Shown piece by piece: positions 18,772 through 28,012 of a DNA stretch of 64,000 nt. The stretch is from Dehalococcoidia bacterium (GTDB lineage Bacteria > Chloroflexota > Dehalococcoidia > Lucifugimonadales > UBA1123), in the NCBI GenBank assembly GCA_963668275.2, contig OY764155.1, forward strand, positions 224,642-288,641, read 5' to 3'. A program made the translations under genes and the position numbers. The notes below the pieces were generated by a model, which searched no databases, had not been told where the DNA came from, and worked only from the letters and a program-made list of their open reading frames with translations. Numbering within the stretch: the stretch's first letter is position 1; each line of letters starts with the position of its first letter.

Positions 18772-19593
18772 CTAGCCCGCTAGCGCCTCGACGCCGCGCC
18801 ATACCAGCAGAGCGCCGACCACCATCAGCACGACGCCCATACTCAGAATCAGCGTGTCCAGCCGCACCCGCCCGGTCAGCCGCGCTCCCAGATTGCTCCC
18901 GATCATCGCGGCCACCCCCATCGCTATCAGCGTCACGTAGTCCACCTCGCCGACCGCCACGTGTCCGACCCAGCCTAGCGCCCCCATGAAGAAGCCGATG
19001 AACAGGTTCGTCCCCGCCGCGATGCGCGGGTCCACTCGCAGGATACGGATCATCGCGGGCAGACGGATGCTGCCCAGTATCAGCCCGACCGCGCCGCCCA
19101 GAACGCCCACCCCGAAGCCTATCCCAGCTTCCAGCGATACGCGCTTGGGCGTGAACTCGCCCTTCGCGCCTTCCAGGTCGGCGCCGAACATATGCGGTCC
19201 GCCCGTGCGCCGCTGGTTCCTGATAAGTATCAGAAACTCGACGCCCTGCCAGAACACCAGCGCCCCGGCGCCTATCAGCAGAATCCACTCCGGCGTCCAC
19301 TCGCTCGCGAAACCGCCCAGGAACGCGCCCACGCACGCTGGGACGCCCATGACCAGCAGGATGCGATTGTCCACCCGGCCCTCGCGGTAGTGGCGTATCG
19401 CGCCGCTGATAGCCGAGAGCGCGGACACCAGAATGTTCGTGCCGCCCGCTATCGGCGCCGGCATCCCGATCAGCAGCATCGCGGGCAGCCGTATCGTCCC
19501 CAGCGCCAGGCCCACGAATCCGCCCAGTATCCCCACTCCGAAGGATATGACCGTCAGGATTAGCAATTGCCATAGCGCCAGATCGGTGCTCAT
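18772..19593 (-). CDS. TauE/SafE (TSUP) family anion exporter
   Basis: 273 aa polytopic, with internal duplication and repeated GGxxG..LRLPAM motifs. Confidence 0.82.
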   Translation of the reverse strand: MSTDLALWQLLILTVISFGVGILGGFVGLALGTIRLPAMLLIGMPAPIAGGTNILVSALSAISGAIRHYREGRVDNRILLVMGVPACVGAFLGGFASEWTPEWILLIGAGALVFWQGVEFLILIRNQRRTGGPHMFGADLEGAKGEFTPKRVSLEAGIGFGVGVLGGAVGLILGSIRLPAMIRILRVDPRIAAGTNLFIGFFMGALGWVGHVAVGEVDYVTLIAMGVAAMIGSNLGARLTGRVRLDTLILSMGVVLMVVGALLVWRGVEALAG

Positions 19594-20996
19594 TTGGAAG
19601 AAGATACCCTTTCCAGAACTTCTTGCATCTCTTCGATCTGCTCCCGCGACGCCGGGCGCCGCCCGTAGCAGGCGCGGTTGAACGCGGCGGTAGCCATCCC
19701 CGCGATGCGGCCCGGGAACACCCTCGCGAGCGCGGAGCGGTACTCGTTCGGCGTCTGGTTGCTCGGACGCAGGAAACCCCGCTCTCCAGCCACCCTCAGC
19801 ATCCCGAAGTATATCCTGAACACATCCACTATATCCCGTTCGTCGTCCGGCAGCCTCATTCCGGCTGGTCTCCTGCGACGCCTGAAGCGTTCGGGCAGTA
19901 GGTTGAACAGGAGGCGCGCCATGTCCAGCCCCGGATCAACGTCTTCGGCGATTGATTCTCGCTCGCCGTCATCGTCAATCCGTCGCCAGCGCACTATGCG
20001 CCTGAACCCCCACGCCAGCAGCGCGAGAGCGATAATCAGCAGTAGAACGACGACCGTCCACTCGATCACGTCGCCCCACATAGACGGCTCGCCGGATTCC
20101 GCCCGTTCTCTGAGGTCGCTGAGGAATTCGCCCGCGCCGAATTCCCGCTCCGGCTGTTCCGGCGGCTCGCCGACGATGTTCATCAGCAGGGTGAGGAGCC
20201 AGACTACGATATAGCCTACGACATACGCGATAGGAAGCACCACGACGTACATGAACACCGTGACCAGTATGTCGAACAGCCAGCCCAGCGGCGCGGTTAT
20301 GAAGTCTATGAACGACTTCTGAAGAACGCTGAATGCTAGGCCGACCAGCACGATCCCGCCCACCACTCCGCCTATGACTCGCGTCCACCTCCGCTGTCCC
20401 CTTCTGCCGCTCGACGCGGGCAGAATGTGCCCTACGCTCAACCCCGCCAGTCCCACCGCGAAGAAGGTGAACATCAGCGGGAATATGTGCAGATTGGCGG
20501 GATGGAGTATATCCACCACCGCGCCAAGCGATAGCGCTATCAACCCCACCCTGAACGTCATCGAAAGGTGGTCGGTCGGAAACTCGATGGACGCTATCCT
20601 GCCGCCTCGCCACCACAAAAAGGCGGCGCACAGCGCGGATACGATGGCCCTGGTCCGGTCGTTCGTAGTCGAGTCGTCCGACATGATTACGCTCAGCCAG
20701 CCCAGATCCACGCCCGGCGCGGACGAGGCCAGTATGTACGTGCCGAGCAGCAGGTAGATGACGATTATGCCCGTCCCCATCTGTATGGCGTACTGCGTCC
20801 ACAGCGGCATTATTATCATCAGAGTCGTGCGCGCCACCACGAAAGAGCCGCCCATTATGGCTATGGCCGCTATCCAGGGCACGGCGTTGTTCCCTTGAAG
20901 CAGCGCCAGGCTGAGAACGGCGATCAGAACGTAGAACCACACGCTCTCGACTATTATGCAGGCTATCAGGATGAGCCTATCTTGGGCCGAACTCAC
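19590..20996 (-). CDS. membrane protein with C-terminal DUF4129 domain (TgpA-like without transglutaminase core)
   Basis: Multi-TM N-terminal half. C-terminal DVFRIYFGMLRVAGERGFLRPSNQTPNEYRSAL...FNRACYGRRP is DUF4129-like. Third gene of a MoxR operon. Confidence 0.75.
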   Translation of the reverse strand: MSSAQDRLILIACIIVESVWFYVLIAVLSLALLQGNNAVPWIAAIAIMGGSFVVARTTLMIIMPLWTQYAIQMGTGIIVIYLLLGTYILASSAPGVDLGWLSVIMSDDSTTNDRTRAIVSALCAAFLWWRGGRIASIEFPTDHLSMTFRVGLIALSLGAVVDILHPANLHIFPLMFTFFAVGLAGLSVGHILPASSGRRGQRRWTRVIGGVVGGIVLVGLAFSVLQKSFIDFITAPLGWLFDILVTVFMYVVVLPIAYVVGYIVVWLLTLLMNIVGEPPEQPEREFGAGEFLSDLRERAESGEPSMWGDVIEWTVVVLLLIIALALLAWGFRRIVRWRRIDDDGERESIAEDVDPGLDMARLLFNLLPERFRRRRRPAGMRLPDDERDIVDVFRIYFGMLRVAGERGFLRPSNQTPNEYRSALARVFPGRIAGMATAAFNRACYGRRPASREQIEEMQEVLERVSSSK

Positions 20997-22212
20997 TCGC
21001 CAACTCCATGTTCTCGAAATACCCTCTCAGATCGTGCAGCAAAACGCCCTCCGGCATATCGGGCGGGTCTGCGTCTCCTACGAAGATTACCACCATGCGA
21101 TGCCCTCTGCCCCGCAGGTCGGCTATGACCGACATCATATCCTGCGTCAGTATCGCCGCGATTACCACCAGCGTAGAACCCAGCGGGAACTGCCTTGAGT
21201 TCTGCTCCAGTTGCGGGGCCATGGGGCCGATGGCAAGCGGCCTGATGGTAGCCAGCGCCTCCAGGATTATAGTCAACTGATCGGGACTGCTCGACGGATT
21301 CAGCCGCATCGGACGGTCGGCCAGAATCGGCGTCCCGTTCGAGAACATCCCTACGCTGTACTGCTGTTCGGTAGCGTAGCTGGCCACCGAGGCCGCGCTT
21401 GTTATTACGCGCTCCAGGTTGACGGGCGAGTAGCCCTCCCACGTTCGTTCGGCAGTCTCCACCAGCACGACCAGTATCACCGTGAACGCCGAACTGGGCT
21501 CGAACGTGCGTACCTGGAGGCTCTGCATCCGCGCCGTCGCCTTCCAGTCCACGATCTTCAGCGGGTCGCCCACCTCGTACTCGCGCAGCCCCGACGGGCG
21601 AGACTCATCCTGAAATATCCTGATACCGCCCCGCGTCTCGCCCAGCGGCCTCACCGCCGGAATCCCAAGCTCCGGCAGGGGAATCACCTTGGGATACACC
21701 AGGATATAGTCGTTCCGGTCAACCGGCTTGTGGCTCTCGAAGAAACCGAACAGGTCCCCGCTCTCCATCCTCGCCGGGCCTATCTTGAAGTATCCCCGCC
21801 TGTTCCCCCTGATCTTGTACTCCCAGCGGATGCGCTCGTACCACGCCAGCGAGGTATTGTGCATTATAATCTTGGCGTTCGGACTGGAGCTGGCCGCCAT
21901 CCTGGCGTCCGCTACTTCTACCTCGTCGGGTATCTCGTCCACCACGCTCAGCTTGCCCAGCGGCAGCGGCTTCCGGTTCAGCACCGATATCGTCATGTGG
22001 GTCTCTTCGTCTATGAACACCCTGGGCTGTTCTATTGTCCGCTCGTAATGCACCTCTTCCAGCGAGAGCCTGTTCCACACCCAGGACACCCCCGCCACTA
22101 TGAGCCCCATTGCGCCAAGCCCGATCACAAGGCCCTGTCCGGAAACAATGCCGACGATTATCAACAGCGCGAACATCACTATCCATATGTCGTGCCAGAC
22201 TTTGTTGAACAA
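20977..22212 (-). CDS. DUF58 domain protein
   Basis: SGLREYEVGDPLKIVDWKATARMQSLQVRTFEPS is the DUF58 signature. Confidence 0.85.
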   Translation of the reverse strand: MFNKVWHDIWIVMFALLIIVGIVSGQGLVIGLGAMGLIVAGVSWVWNRLSLEEVHYERTIEQPRVFIDEETHMTISVLNRKPLPLGKLSVVDEIPDEVEVADARMAASSSPNAKIIMHNTSLAWYERIRWEYKIRGNRRGYFKIGPARMESGDLFGFFESHKPVDRNDYILVYPKVIPLPELGIPAVRPLGETRGGIRIFQDESRPSGLREYEVGDPLKIVDWKATARMQSLQVRTFEPSSAFTVILVVLVETAERTWEGYSPVNLERVITSAASVASYATEQQYSVGMFSNGTPILADRPMRLNPSSSPDQLTIILEALATIRPLAIGPMAPQLEQNSRQFPLGSTLVVIAAILTQDMMSVIADLRGRGHRMVVIFVGDADPPDMPEGVLLHDLRGYFENMELASEFGPR

Positions 22213-22218
22213 TTGGCG

Positions 22219-23181
22219 CTACCTTTCGATTGGCACGGGCAGGGAGTTCAGTATTCCCGAAATCACCTGTTCGGGAAGAATGCCTCGAAGCCGCGCGCCC
22301 GATGTCAGTATCAGGCGATGCGCCAGCACAGGCTCGGCCATTGCCTTCACGTCGTCCGGCGTGACGAAGTCCCGCCCGTCCAGCGCGGCGCGCGCCTGCG
22401 ATGTCTTGTACAGCCCCAGCGTCGCCCTCGGACTCCCGCCAAGCGCCAGCGCGTCGTTCGTCCGCGTGCTCTGCGCGACCGCCACTATATAGTCGCGCAC
22501 GATGTCGTCAACCTCGATGCGCGTCACCAATTCCTGCATCTCCACCAGTTCGGCCTCGCTGGTAACCGCGTCCAGGTCGGGCAATACCGTGTCCCGCTCG
22601 AACCTGAGCAGTATGTCCGACTCCTCTTCCGCGCTCGGATACCCCAGCTTTATCCGCGCGATGAACCTGTCCAACTGCGCCTCCGGCAGCGGGAATGTGC
22701 CTTCCAACTCCACCGGATTCTGGGTCGCCATCACCATGAACGGCTCCCGGAGGCGGCGAGTAACCCCGTCAACCGTCGTCTGCCGCTCCTGCATCGCCTC
22801 CAGCAGCGCCGACTGCGTGCGCGGCGTCGCGCGGTTTATCTCGTCCGCCAGCAGTACCTGGCTGAATATCGGCCCAGACCGGAACTCGAAGTCGCCCGAC
22901 TTCTGGTTGTAGAAATTCACGCCCAGCACGTCCGTCGGCATCAGGTCCGGCGTGAACTGGATGCGGTTGAACGTGCATCCCAGCGACTGCGCCAGCGCCT
23001 TGGACATCGTCGTCTTGCCCGTCCCCGGCACATCCTCCACCAGAACGTGCCCCTTGCAGATGAGCGCGATGATCGCCAGGTCTATCACCTCCGACTTGCC
23101 CACCACTACTTTCTGAATGCTCTCCCGCAGCCCGGAAGCCATCTCCTGGATCCGCGCCGCGCCATTATTCCCCTGTGCCAT
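22219..23181 (-). CDS. MoxR-family AAA+ ATPase
   Basis: GHVLVEDVPGTGKT Walker A, VLLADEINRATPRTQSALLEAMQE Walker B/sensor, and [11 protein letters not shown]. Confidence 0.93.
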   Translation of the reverse strand: MAQGNNGAARIQEMASGLRESIQKVVVGKSEVIDLAIIALICKGHVLVEDVPGTGKTTMSKALAQSLGCTFNRIQFTPDLMPTDVLGVNFYNQKSGDFEFRSGPIFSQVLLADEINRATPRTQSALLEAMQERQTTVDGVTRRLREPFMVMATQNPVELEGTFPLPEAQLDRFIARIKLGYPSAEEESDILLRFERDTVLPDLDAVTSEAELVEMQELVTRIEVDDIVRDYIVAVAQSTRTNDALALGGSPRATLGLYKTSQARAALDGRDFVTPDDVKAMAEPVLAHRLILTSGARLRGILPEQVISGILNSLPVPIER

Positions 23182-23340
23182 AATCCCTCACTAGCCTGCT
23201 GAATCGCCCGTCACGCCGCCCCGTCCTCACTCGGAACAACCACGCTCCGGGCGACGCGCCCATAGATTATAGACTGTTCGGCGGTCATAAGTATCCCCAA
23301 CTATCCCCTAACCACTTACTCCGTCGGTGTATCGTGTACA

Positions 23341-24081
23341 ATGTCCGCGATACCGACGCCCCTCCACCCCGCGAGGCCACACATGACGACAAGACACATA
23401 TCCCCACCCCGGGCCGCTCTCGATGATGTGTTCCCTGAATTTCCTTCAAGAGACGATATGAACAATCCACTCTATCTGCACATCCCGGCTCACATGGCGT
23501 CGCTCGCCCGACACATCGGATTTCCCGAAACCACCCTCGTTCTGGGCGAGGTTCCGGTCGGGTGGCTGCCCACCGGCGACCGGCGTCTGGCGCTGATTCC
23601 CGACCTGATCGTGGCCTTCGATGTTGACCCCGCCGCCATCATCCGAGCGAATGGCTACTCCATTGACGCCATCGGCAAGCCGCCCGACTTCACGCTTGAA
23701 GTGGCTTCCCCAACTACGGGCGTCAGAGACTACACGTTCAAGCGAACACGGTACGCCGAATTCGGCATACCCGAATACTGGCGTTTCGACCCCAGCGGCG
23801 GGGAATATCATGACGTAGCGCTGGCCGGGGATCGCCTGGGGGTTGACGGCTATGATCCAATCCAGATAGAGACCATAAGCGAAGATATATTCAGCGGTCA
23901 CAGCGACGTTCTGAGCCTGGACATCCGCTGGGAATACGGCCAACTGCGCTTCTACGATCCCGTTGAAGGACGCTACCTGCGCACATTCGACGAAGAGGCT
24001 GATGGCAGGCAGGCCGCCGAAGCTGAAGTCAGGCGGCTCCGCGACGAACTGGCCCGCCTGCGATCCGAAACTGAAAACTAA
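23341..24081 (+). CDS. Uma2-family (DUF820) PD-(D/E)xK endonuclease
   Basis: LIPDLIVAF...PDFTLEVASPTT...KRTRYAEFGIPEYWRFDP. The start is uncertain (an internal ATG at 23383 is possible). Confidence 0.8.
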   Translation: MSAIPTPLHPARPHMTTRHISPPRAALDDVFPEFPSRDDMNNPLYLHIPAHMASLARHIGFPETTLVLGEVPVGWLPTGDRRLALIPDLIVAFDVDPAAIIRANGYSIDAIGKPPDFTLEVASPTTGVRDYTFKRTRYAEFGIPEYWRFDPSGGEYHDVALAGDRLGVDGYDPIQIETISEDIFSGHSDVLSLDIRWEYGQLRFYDPVEGRYLRTFDEEADGRQAAEAEVRRLRDELARLRSETEN

Positions 24082-24110
24082 GAACTGTAAACTCACACCC
24101 GGAGGCCAAA

Positions 24111-24827
24111 ATGCTAATCAACGAAGTCAAAGCGCTCGTCTTCGACGTGTTCGGCACGGTAGTGGACTGGCGTATGAGCATCGCCCGCGAGGGCAAGGAA
24201 CTCGCCAAGCGCAAGGGTATAACCGGCGTGGACTGGCCGGAATTCGCCGACGCCTGGCGCTCAGGATACGGCCCCTCCATGAACAAGGTCAGAACCGGCG
24301 AACTCCCCTGGACCCGCATTGACGACCTGCACCGCATGATTCTCGACGAACTGCTCGACAAGTACGGCATCGAGGGACTGAGCGAAGACGAAAAGCGCGA
24401 CTTCAACAAGGCTTGGCACAGGCTAGACGCCTGGCCCGACTCACCTCCCGGACTCACCCGCCTCAAAAAGCGCTACGTCATAGCCACCCTGTCCAACGGC
24501 AACGTCGCCCTGCTCACCAACATGGCCAAGTGGGCCGGACTGCCCTGGGACTGCATCCTCTCCGCCGAACTCGCCCGCCACTACAAGCCCGACCCCGAGA
24601 CCTACCTCATGGCCGCCGACATACTCGGCCTCGAACCCGGCGAGGTAATGATGACCGCCGCCCACAAGGGCGACCTCAAGGCCGCGCGAGCGCAGGGCCT
24701 CAGGACCGCGTTCGTCCCACGCCCGCTCGAACACGGCCCCCGCCGCGAGATAGACACCTCGCCCGAGGACTGGATTGACGTCGTAGCCGCCGACTTCGAG
24801 GACCTCGCGCTCAAGATGGGCACATGA
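24111..24827 (+). CDS. haloacid dehalogenase type II (HAD superfamily)
   Basis: KALVFDVFGTVVDW nucleophile motif and ATLSNGN. Confidence 0.87.
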   Translation: MLINEVKALVFDVFGTVVDWRMSIAREGKELAKRKGITGVDWPEFADAWRSGYGPSMNKVRTGELPWTRIDDLHRMILDELLDKYGIEGLSEDEKRDFNKAWHRLDAWPDSPPGLTRLKKRYVIATLSNGNVALLTNMAKWAGLPWDCILSAELARHYKPDPETYLMAADILGLEPGEVMMTAAHKGDLKAARAQGLRTAFVPRPLEHGPRREIDTSPEDWIDVVAADFEDLALKMGT

Positions 24828-25993
24828 ACTCAGCCCTGGTAATGCAGTCCGGCGGGTGTACCCACGTACTCAACCGCAGCCTGTACGGCATCGCGTCCGA
24901 GTTCGCCAGGACCGGTTCGGGAACCCTGTACGGCGCGCCCAACGGGCTTGAGGGAATACTCCGGGACCGCGCCGTAAACCTGTCCCAGGTTCCGCCCGAA
25001 ATCTGGATGAGCGTAGCCGACGCCCCCGGAGCCGCCATAGGCTCCACCCGCCGCCGGCTCCGGGACGACGACGTTGAGCCGGTCTTCGACTATCTGGACA
25101 GGCGCGGCATCCGCTACTGGTTCATCATAGGCGGCAACGACTCCGCCGAAACCGGCCACACCCTCCAGACACGCGCCGACGAGATAGGCTACGACCTGTC
25201 CGTGATTAACGTCCCCAAGACCATTGACAACGACCTCGTGCTGACCGACCACTGTCCGGGCTACGGCAGCGCGGCGCGGTTCGTCGCGACCGCCGTCGTC
25301 GGCTCCGGCCTCGACGCCGAGGCGCTCACCGGCGCCTCTCCCATAACCATATTCGAGGTCATGGGACGCGACGCCGGATGGCTCGCCGCCGCGTCCTCGC
25401 TCGCCAGGCGCGACGAGCGCGACCCGCCCCATCTGGTGTGCGTACCCGAAACGCTGGTGGACGAAGACAAGTTCATCGCCGGCGTTCAGGACGCCTACAC
25501 ACGGTACGGCTATGCCGTCGCCGTCGTCTCCGAAAACGCTCGCTCCGCCGACGGCATTATCGGGGCGATGTCCGACCCTTGGTTCGTGGACGACTTCGGA
25601 CACGAATACCACGACGGCGCGGCCCGCTACCTCGCGGCCCGCGTCAGTCGCGCCCTCGGAGTCCGCGCCCGCTACGAAAAACCCGGCACCATCCAGCGCT
25701 CCCTAGTCTGGGCCGCCTCCGAATCGGATGTCCGCGAAGCCGAGATGGTAGGCAGGGCCGCCGTCACCGCCGCCCGCGACGGCATCCGCGACAAGATAAT
25801 CACCCTCGAGCGCGAGGACTGCGACGATTACAGATGCGTCACCGGACTCGCCCCACTCAATCAGGTCGGCGGCCAAGTCCGCCCCATGCCCCCCGAATAC
25901 CTATCCCCCCAAAACAACTTCGTAACCGACGCCTTCATCCAATACCTCAAACCCCTAGCCGGAGACATACCCCGCTTCCGCAGGCTGATGTAG
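24824..25993 (+). CDS. phosphofructokinase-family protein (ATP- or PPi-dependent)
   Basis: IIGGNDSAETG and INVPKTIDNDL motifs. 4-nt overlap with the HAD gene. Confidence 0.82.
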   Translation: MNSALVMQSGGCTHVLNRSLYGIASEFARTGSGTLYGAPNGLEGILRDRAVNLSQVPPEIWMSVADAPGAAIGSTRRRLRDDDVEPVFDYLDRRGIRYWFIIGGNDSAETGHTLQTRADEIGYDLSVINVPKTIDNDLVLTDHCPGYGSAARFVATAVVGSGLDAEALTGASPITIFEVMGRDAGWLAAASSLARRDERDPPHLVCVPETLVDEDKFIAGVQDAYTRYGYAVAVVSENARSADGIIGAMSDPWFVDDFGHEYHDGAARYLAARVSRALGVRARYEKPGTIQRSLVWAASESDVREAEMVGRAAVTAARDGIRDKIITLEREDCDDYRCVTGLAPLNQVGGQVRPMPPEYLSPQNNFVTDAFIQYLKPLAGDIPRFRRLM

Positions 25994-26010
25994 GATAGCT
26001 CGGCGTAAGA

Positions 26011-26421
26011 CTACGAGCCAGTCTCTTCCTTTGCCGCTTCCACGGCTCTCCTGATGTCCTCGATGGATGCGTCGGGATCCTGCGCCCACTTGGTAAAAAC
26101 CAAGTCTATGCCCGAGGCCATGGCCTCTTCCCGCATCTTCTTTTGCTGCGCCTCTCTCTGTTTTCGCCGTTTCTCTCTCTGTTCGAGCGCGTAGAATATC
26201 ATGCTTATTCCCCTGTCTATCACCAGCGCGACAACGATGTAAGTCAGAACGCCCAAGTCAACCATGTCTGACAAGGCGGCAAGGTGATCCCATATTTTCC
26301 AGAACTCCCAGACCCTCCAGCCGATTATATCAAAGTAGGTCAACAGGTAGGTTGTCAGCCCGATCCCGAAAGGCGCCAGATTCGCGTGCAGCCTGGACCA
26401 TCTCGGCAATTGGATTTCCAT
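26011..26421 (-). CDS. small 2-TM protein with charged C-terminal helix (paralog family member 1)
   Basis: 136 aa. Shares RH.L.APFG..LTTYLLT, FYALEQREKRRK and DP.AS.EDIRRAV blocks with the ORFs at 46053 and 55205. Confidence 0.6.
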   Translation of the reverse strand: MEIQLPRWSRLHANLAPFGIGLTTYLLTYFDIIGWRVWEFWKIWDHLAALSDMVDLGVLTYIVVALVIDRGISMIFYALEQREKRRKQREAQQKKMREEAMASGIDLVFTKWAQDPDASIEDIRRAVEAAKEETGS

Positions 26422-26499
26422 GTTCGTCCCCCAAGCGGTTTCGGCTGTTCACCCTATCCGCCATTGACGCGCCAAGTCAACATCCATAGATCTGAATAA

Positions 26500-27178
26500 C
26501 TGATGTTACGCACTGGGCAGGGCTTTGCGACTATTCAGACCGGGGTCTTCGCAGAGTCGCCGGTCTGCGGCCTGGGCGCGTTGGTCATATATCTCAATTT
26601 ATATCGTACAGGTGGGGTTACAGGTGAGTTTCCAAGTGGGACAGGTTACAGTTCACGTGGAAAGTGACCTGTTATCACCTGTTGTTATACCATTTCATTC
26701 TGATTAGGACATTAACTTCAGAGGCAGGCAAGATCGTCCTTCGACAAGCTCAGGACGAACGGTGGAAGCATCAAATACCTGGCGCGCAACCGTGGGAACA
26801 CGACGACGTTACTCCGAATTGGTATTAGCTACGGACAGAAAAATTTTCGCCGGCGGATTCATTTTGGATAACCTCCTGTTTATGTAAAGATTGGGTCGGT
26901 CATAGTTCATTGGGCGACATGATAGCATGAACGTTCTGTCGAATGGAAGAATGTTTCAGACTGCGCGCAGGGCAATCGCATCTAAACGGCGCTTACGTTC
27001 GCAAACAGGTAAATCTTGGGCAGAAACCTCTCATAGATGTCACTGCGCGGTTTCAGAATTTCAAAATAGCGATCATGGGTTCGATCATTGTGGTAGTTTC
27101 GGGGTTTCATGGAGCGAAAACACCCTTGAAAAAGCCCGAAAATTAAGATGCGATTGCCCTGAGACTGCGTAACATCAG
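26500..27178 (+). mobile_element. non-autonomous TIR element copy A (679 bp) with 7-bp TSD TGAATAA
   Basis: Terminal inverted repeat CTGATGTTACGCA...TGCGTAACATCAG. TGAATAA at 26493-26499 and 27179-27185. No transposase-sized ORF. Confidence 0.8.
26688..26824. mobile_element. nested 137-bp MITE inside copy A (TIR TACCATTTC/GAATTGGTA, TSD TTA)
   Basis: Absent from copy B, which reads GTTG-TTA-GCT at the empty site. TTA is duplicated at 26685-26687 and 26825-26827. Confidence 0.65.
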
Positions 27179-27259
27179 TGAATAAGACATCCTGCTCGAC
27201 TAAGTGGACAGTTCTAATGTCCAGTTATACAATATAGCCATTCCAAACGGGGAAAAGTC

Positions 27260-27484
27260 ATGAAGACGATTGGAGCGACGCAATTCAAGCAACAGCGCTT
27301 GGCTCTACTGGACCATCTTGAACCCGAGGGCCTGATAGTCACCAAGAGAGGCAAGCCGGTCGCGCGCGTCATTCCATACAGCGACAATGACTCTGGTCTG
27401 ATAGGCAGTCTCAGCGATAAGATCACCGTCAGAGGCTACATATACACAACCGGAACTCGCTGGGACGCCGATGCTGAATCTTGA
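27260..27484 (+). CDS. type II antitoxin (Phd/YefM-like)
   Basis: 74 aa; MKTIGATQFKQQRLALLDHLEPEGLIVTKRGKPVARVIP. Overlaps the following PIN remnant. Confidence 0.68.
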   Translation: MKTIGATQFKQQRLALLDHLEPEGLIVTKRGKPVARVIPYSDNDSGLIGSLSDKITVRGYIYTTGTRWDADAES

Positions 27485-27665
27485 CACCCACATTCTCATA
27501 TTCGCGCTCATCGGCAGTCTCCAACCCGATGCGGAGAGATCGCCTACTTTCACTGCTTTTCTGGGAAGCCGCGTTGCCGTATCACTAGGAACCTATCGAG
27601 CGGTTGTCTTCCCCCTGAGACCGCTAACGACTTCTCTTATCCGAGACAGACTGGCGGAGGCGTAG
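27471..27665 (+). pseudogene. truncated PIN/VapC toxin remnant
   Basis: Only the N-terminal MLNLDTHILIFALIGSLQPDAE looks PIN-like. The ORF is 64 aa and its 3' part overlaps the convergent HTH gene. Confidence 0.45.
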
Positions 27666-28012
27666 TCCGTCGCCTCGTAACGCTGAATCTGCTGCTCTTT
27701 CAGCCCGATTCGCTCTGCCAATTCCTTCTGACTTATTCCCTGGGCGATTCGCGCTCCAATAAGCATATTTGACAGTTCGGACACCACTTCCAGTTGCTCC
27801 AGAGAGAATGCGCCTGCCTTCATGGATTCATATATCTGGAGCTCTTCTTTCATGTCCACGAGCTGCCCGCTCACCGCGTCCTCCTGGGCCTTGGCGACAA
27901 GCGGGTGTAAGCCAGTATCTTCGAGATGGCGACTTCTGAGTTCTGCAAGCGTCCGTTCAAAGCGCTCCACTTGGATCTTGGTGAACTTGTACTGTCGTTC
28001 GTTCTTTATCAT
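27593..28012 (-). CDS. XRE-family HTH protein with N-terminal coiled-coil extension
   Basis: C-terminal LIGARIAQGISQKELAERIGLKEQQIQRYE is an XRE HTH. 4-nt overlap with the upstream NTase-like gene. Confidence 0.75.
   Translation of the reverse strand: MIKNERQYKFTKIQVERFERTLAELRSRHLEDTGLHPLVAKAQEDAVSGQLVDMKEELQIYESMKAGAFSLEQLEVVSELSNMLIGARIAQGISQKELAERIGLKEQQIQRYEATDYASASLSRIREVVSGLRGKTTAR

Noticed and set aside
21211-23202. 663-aa ORF on the plus strand
   Set aside because: It lies antisense to the MoxR and DUF58 genes. Its composition (R/H/P/L-rich, no motifs) indicates a shadow ORF in high-GC DNA.
26880-26900. Short SD-preceded peptides in the reverse orientation of the hairpin module (MNPPKKIFLSVANNR in copy B, MSLTEPNKNFSRS at 60.3 kb)
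   Set aside because: The frame and length are not conserved between copies (indels of 1-2 nt), and the 30.1-kb copy has only a 4-codon ORF. The conservation is at the nucleotide level, not the peptide level.
26927-27172. 81-aa and 67-aa ORFs duplicated in both TIR-element copies (also 56844-57089)
   Set aside because: Their conservation is explained by DNA identity of the element. Several overlapping frames are open, there is no SD and no motif. A 39-aa ORF on the opposite strand (MKPRNYHN..) is equally plausible. I treat them as non-coding or as a relic.
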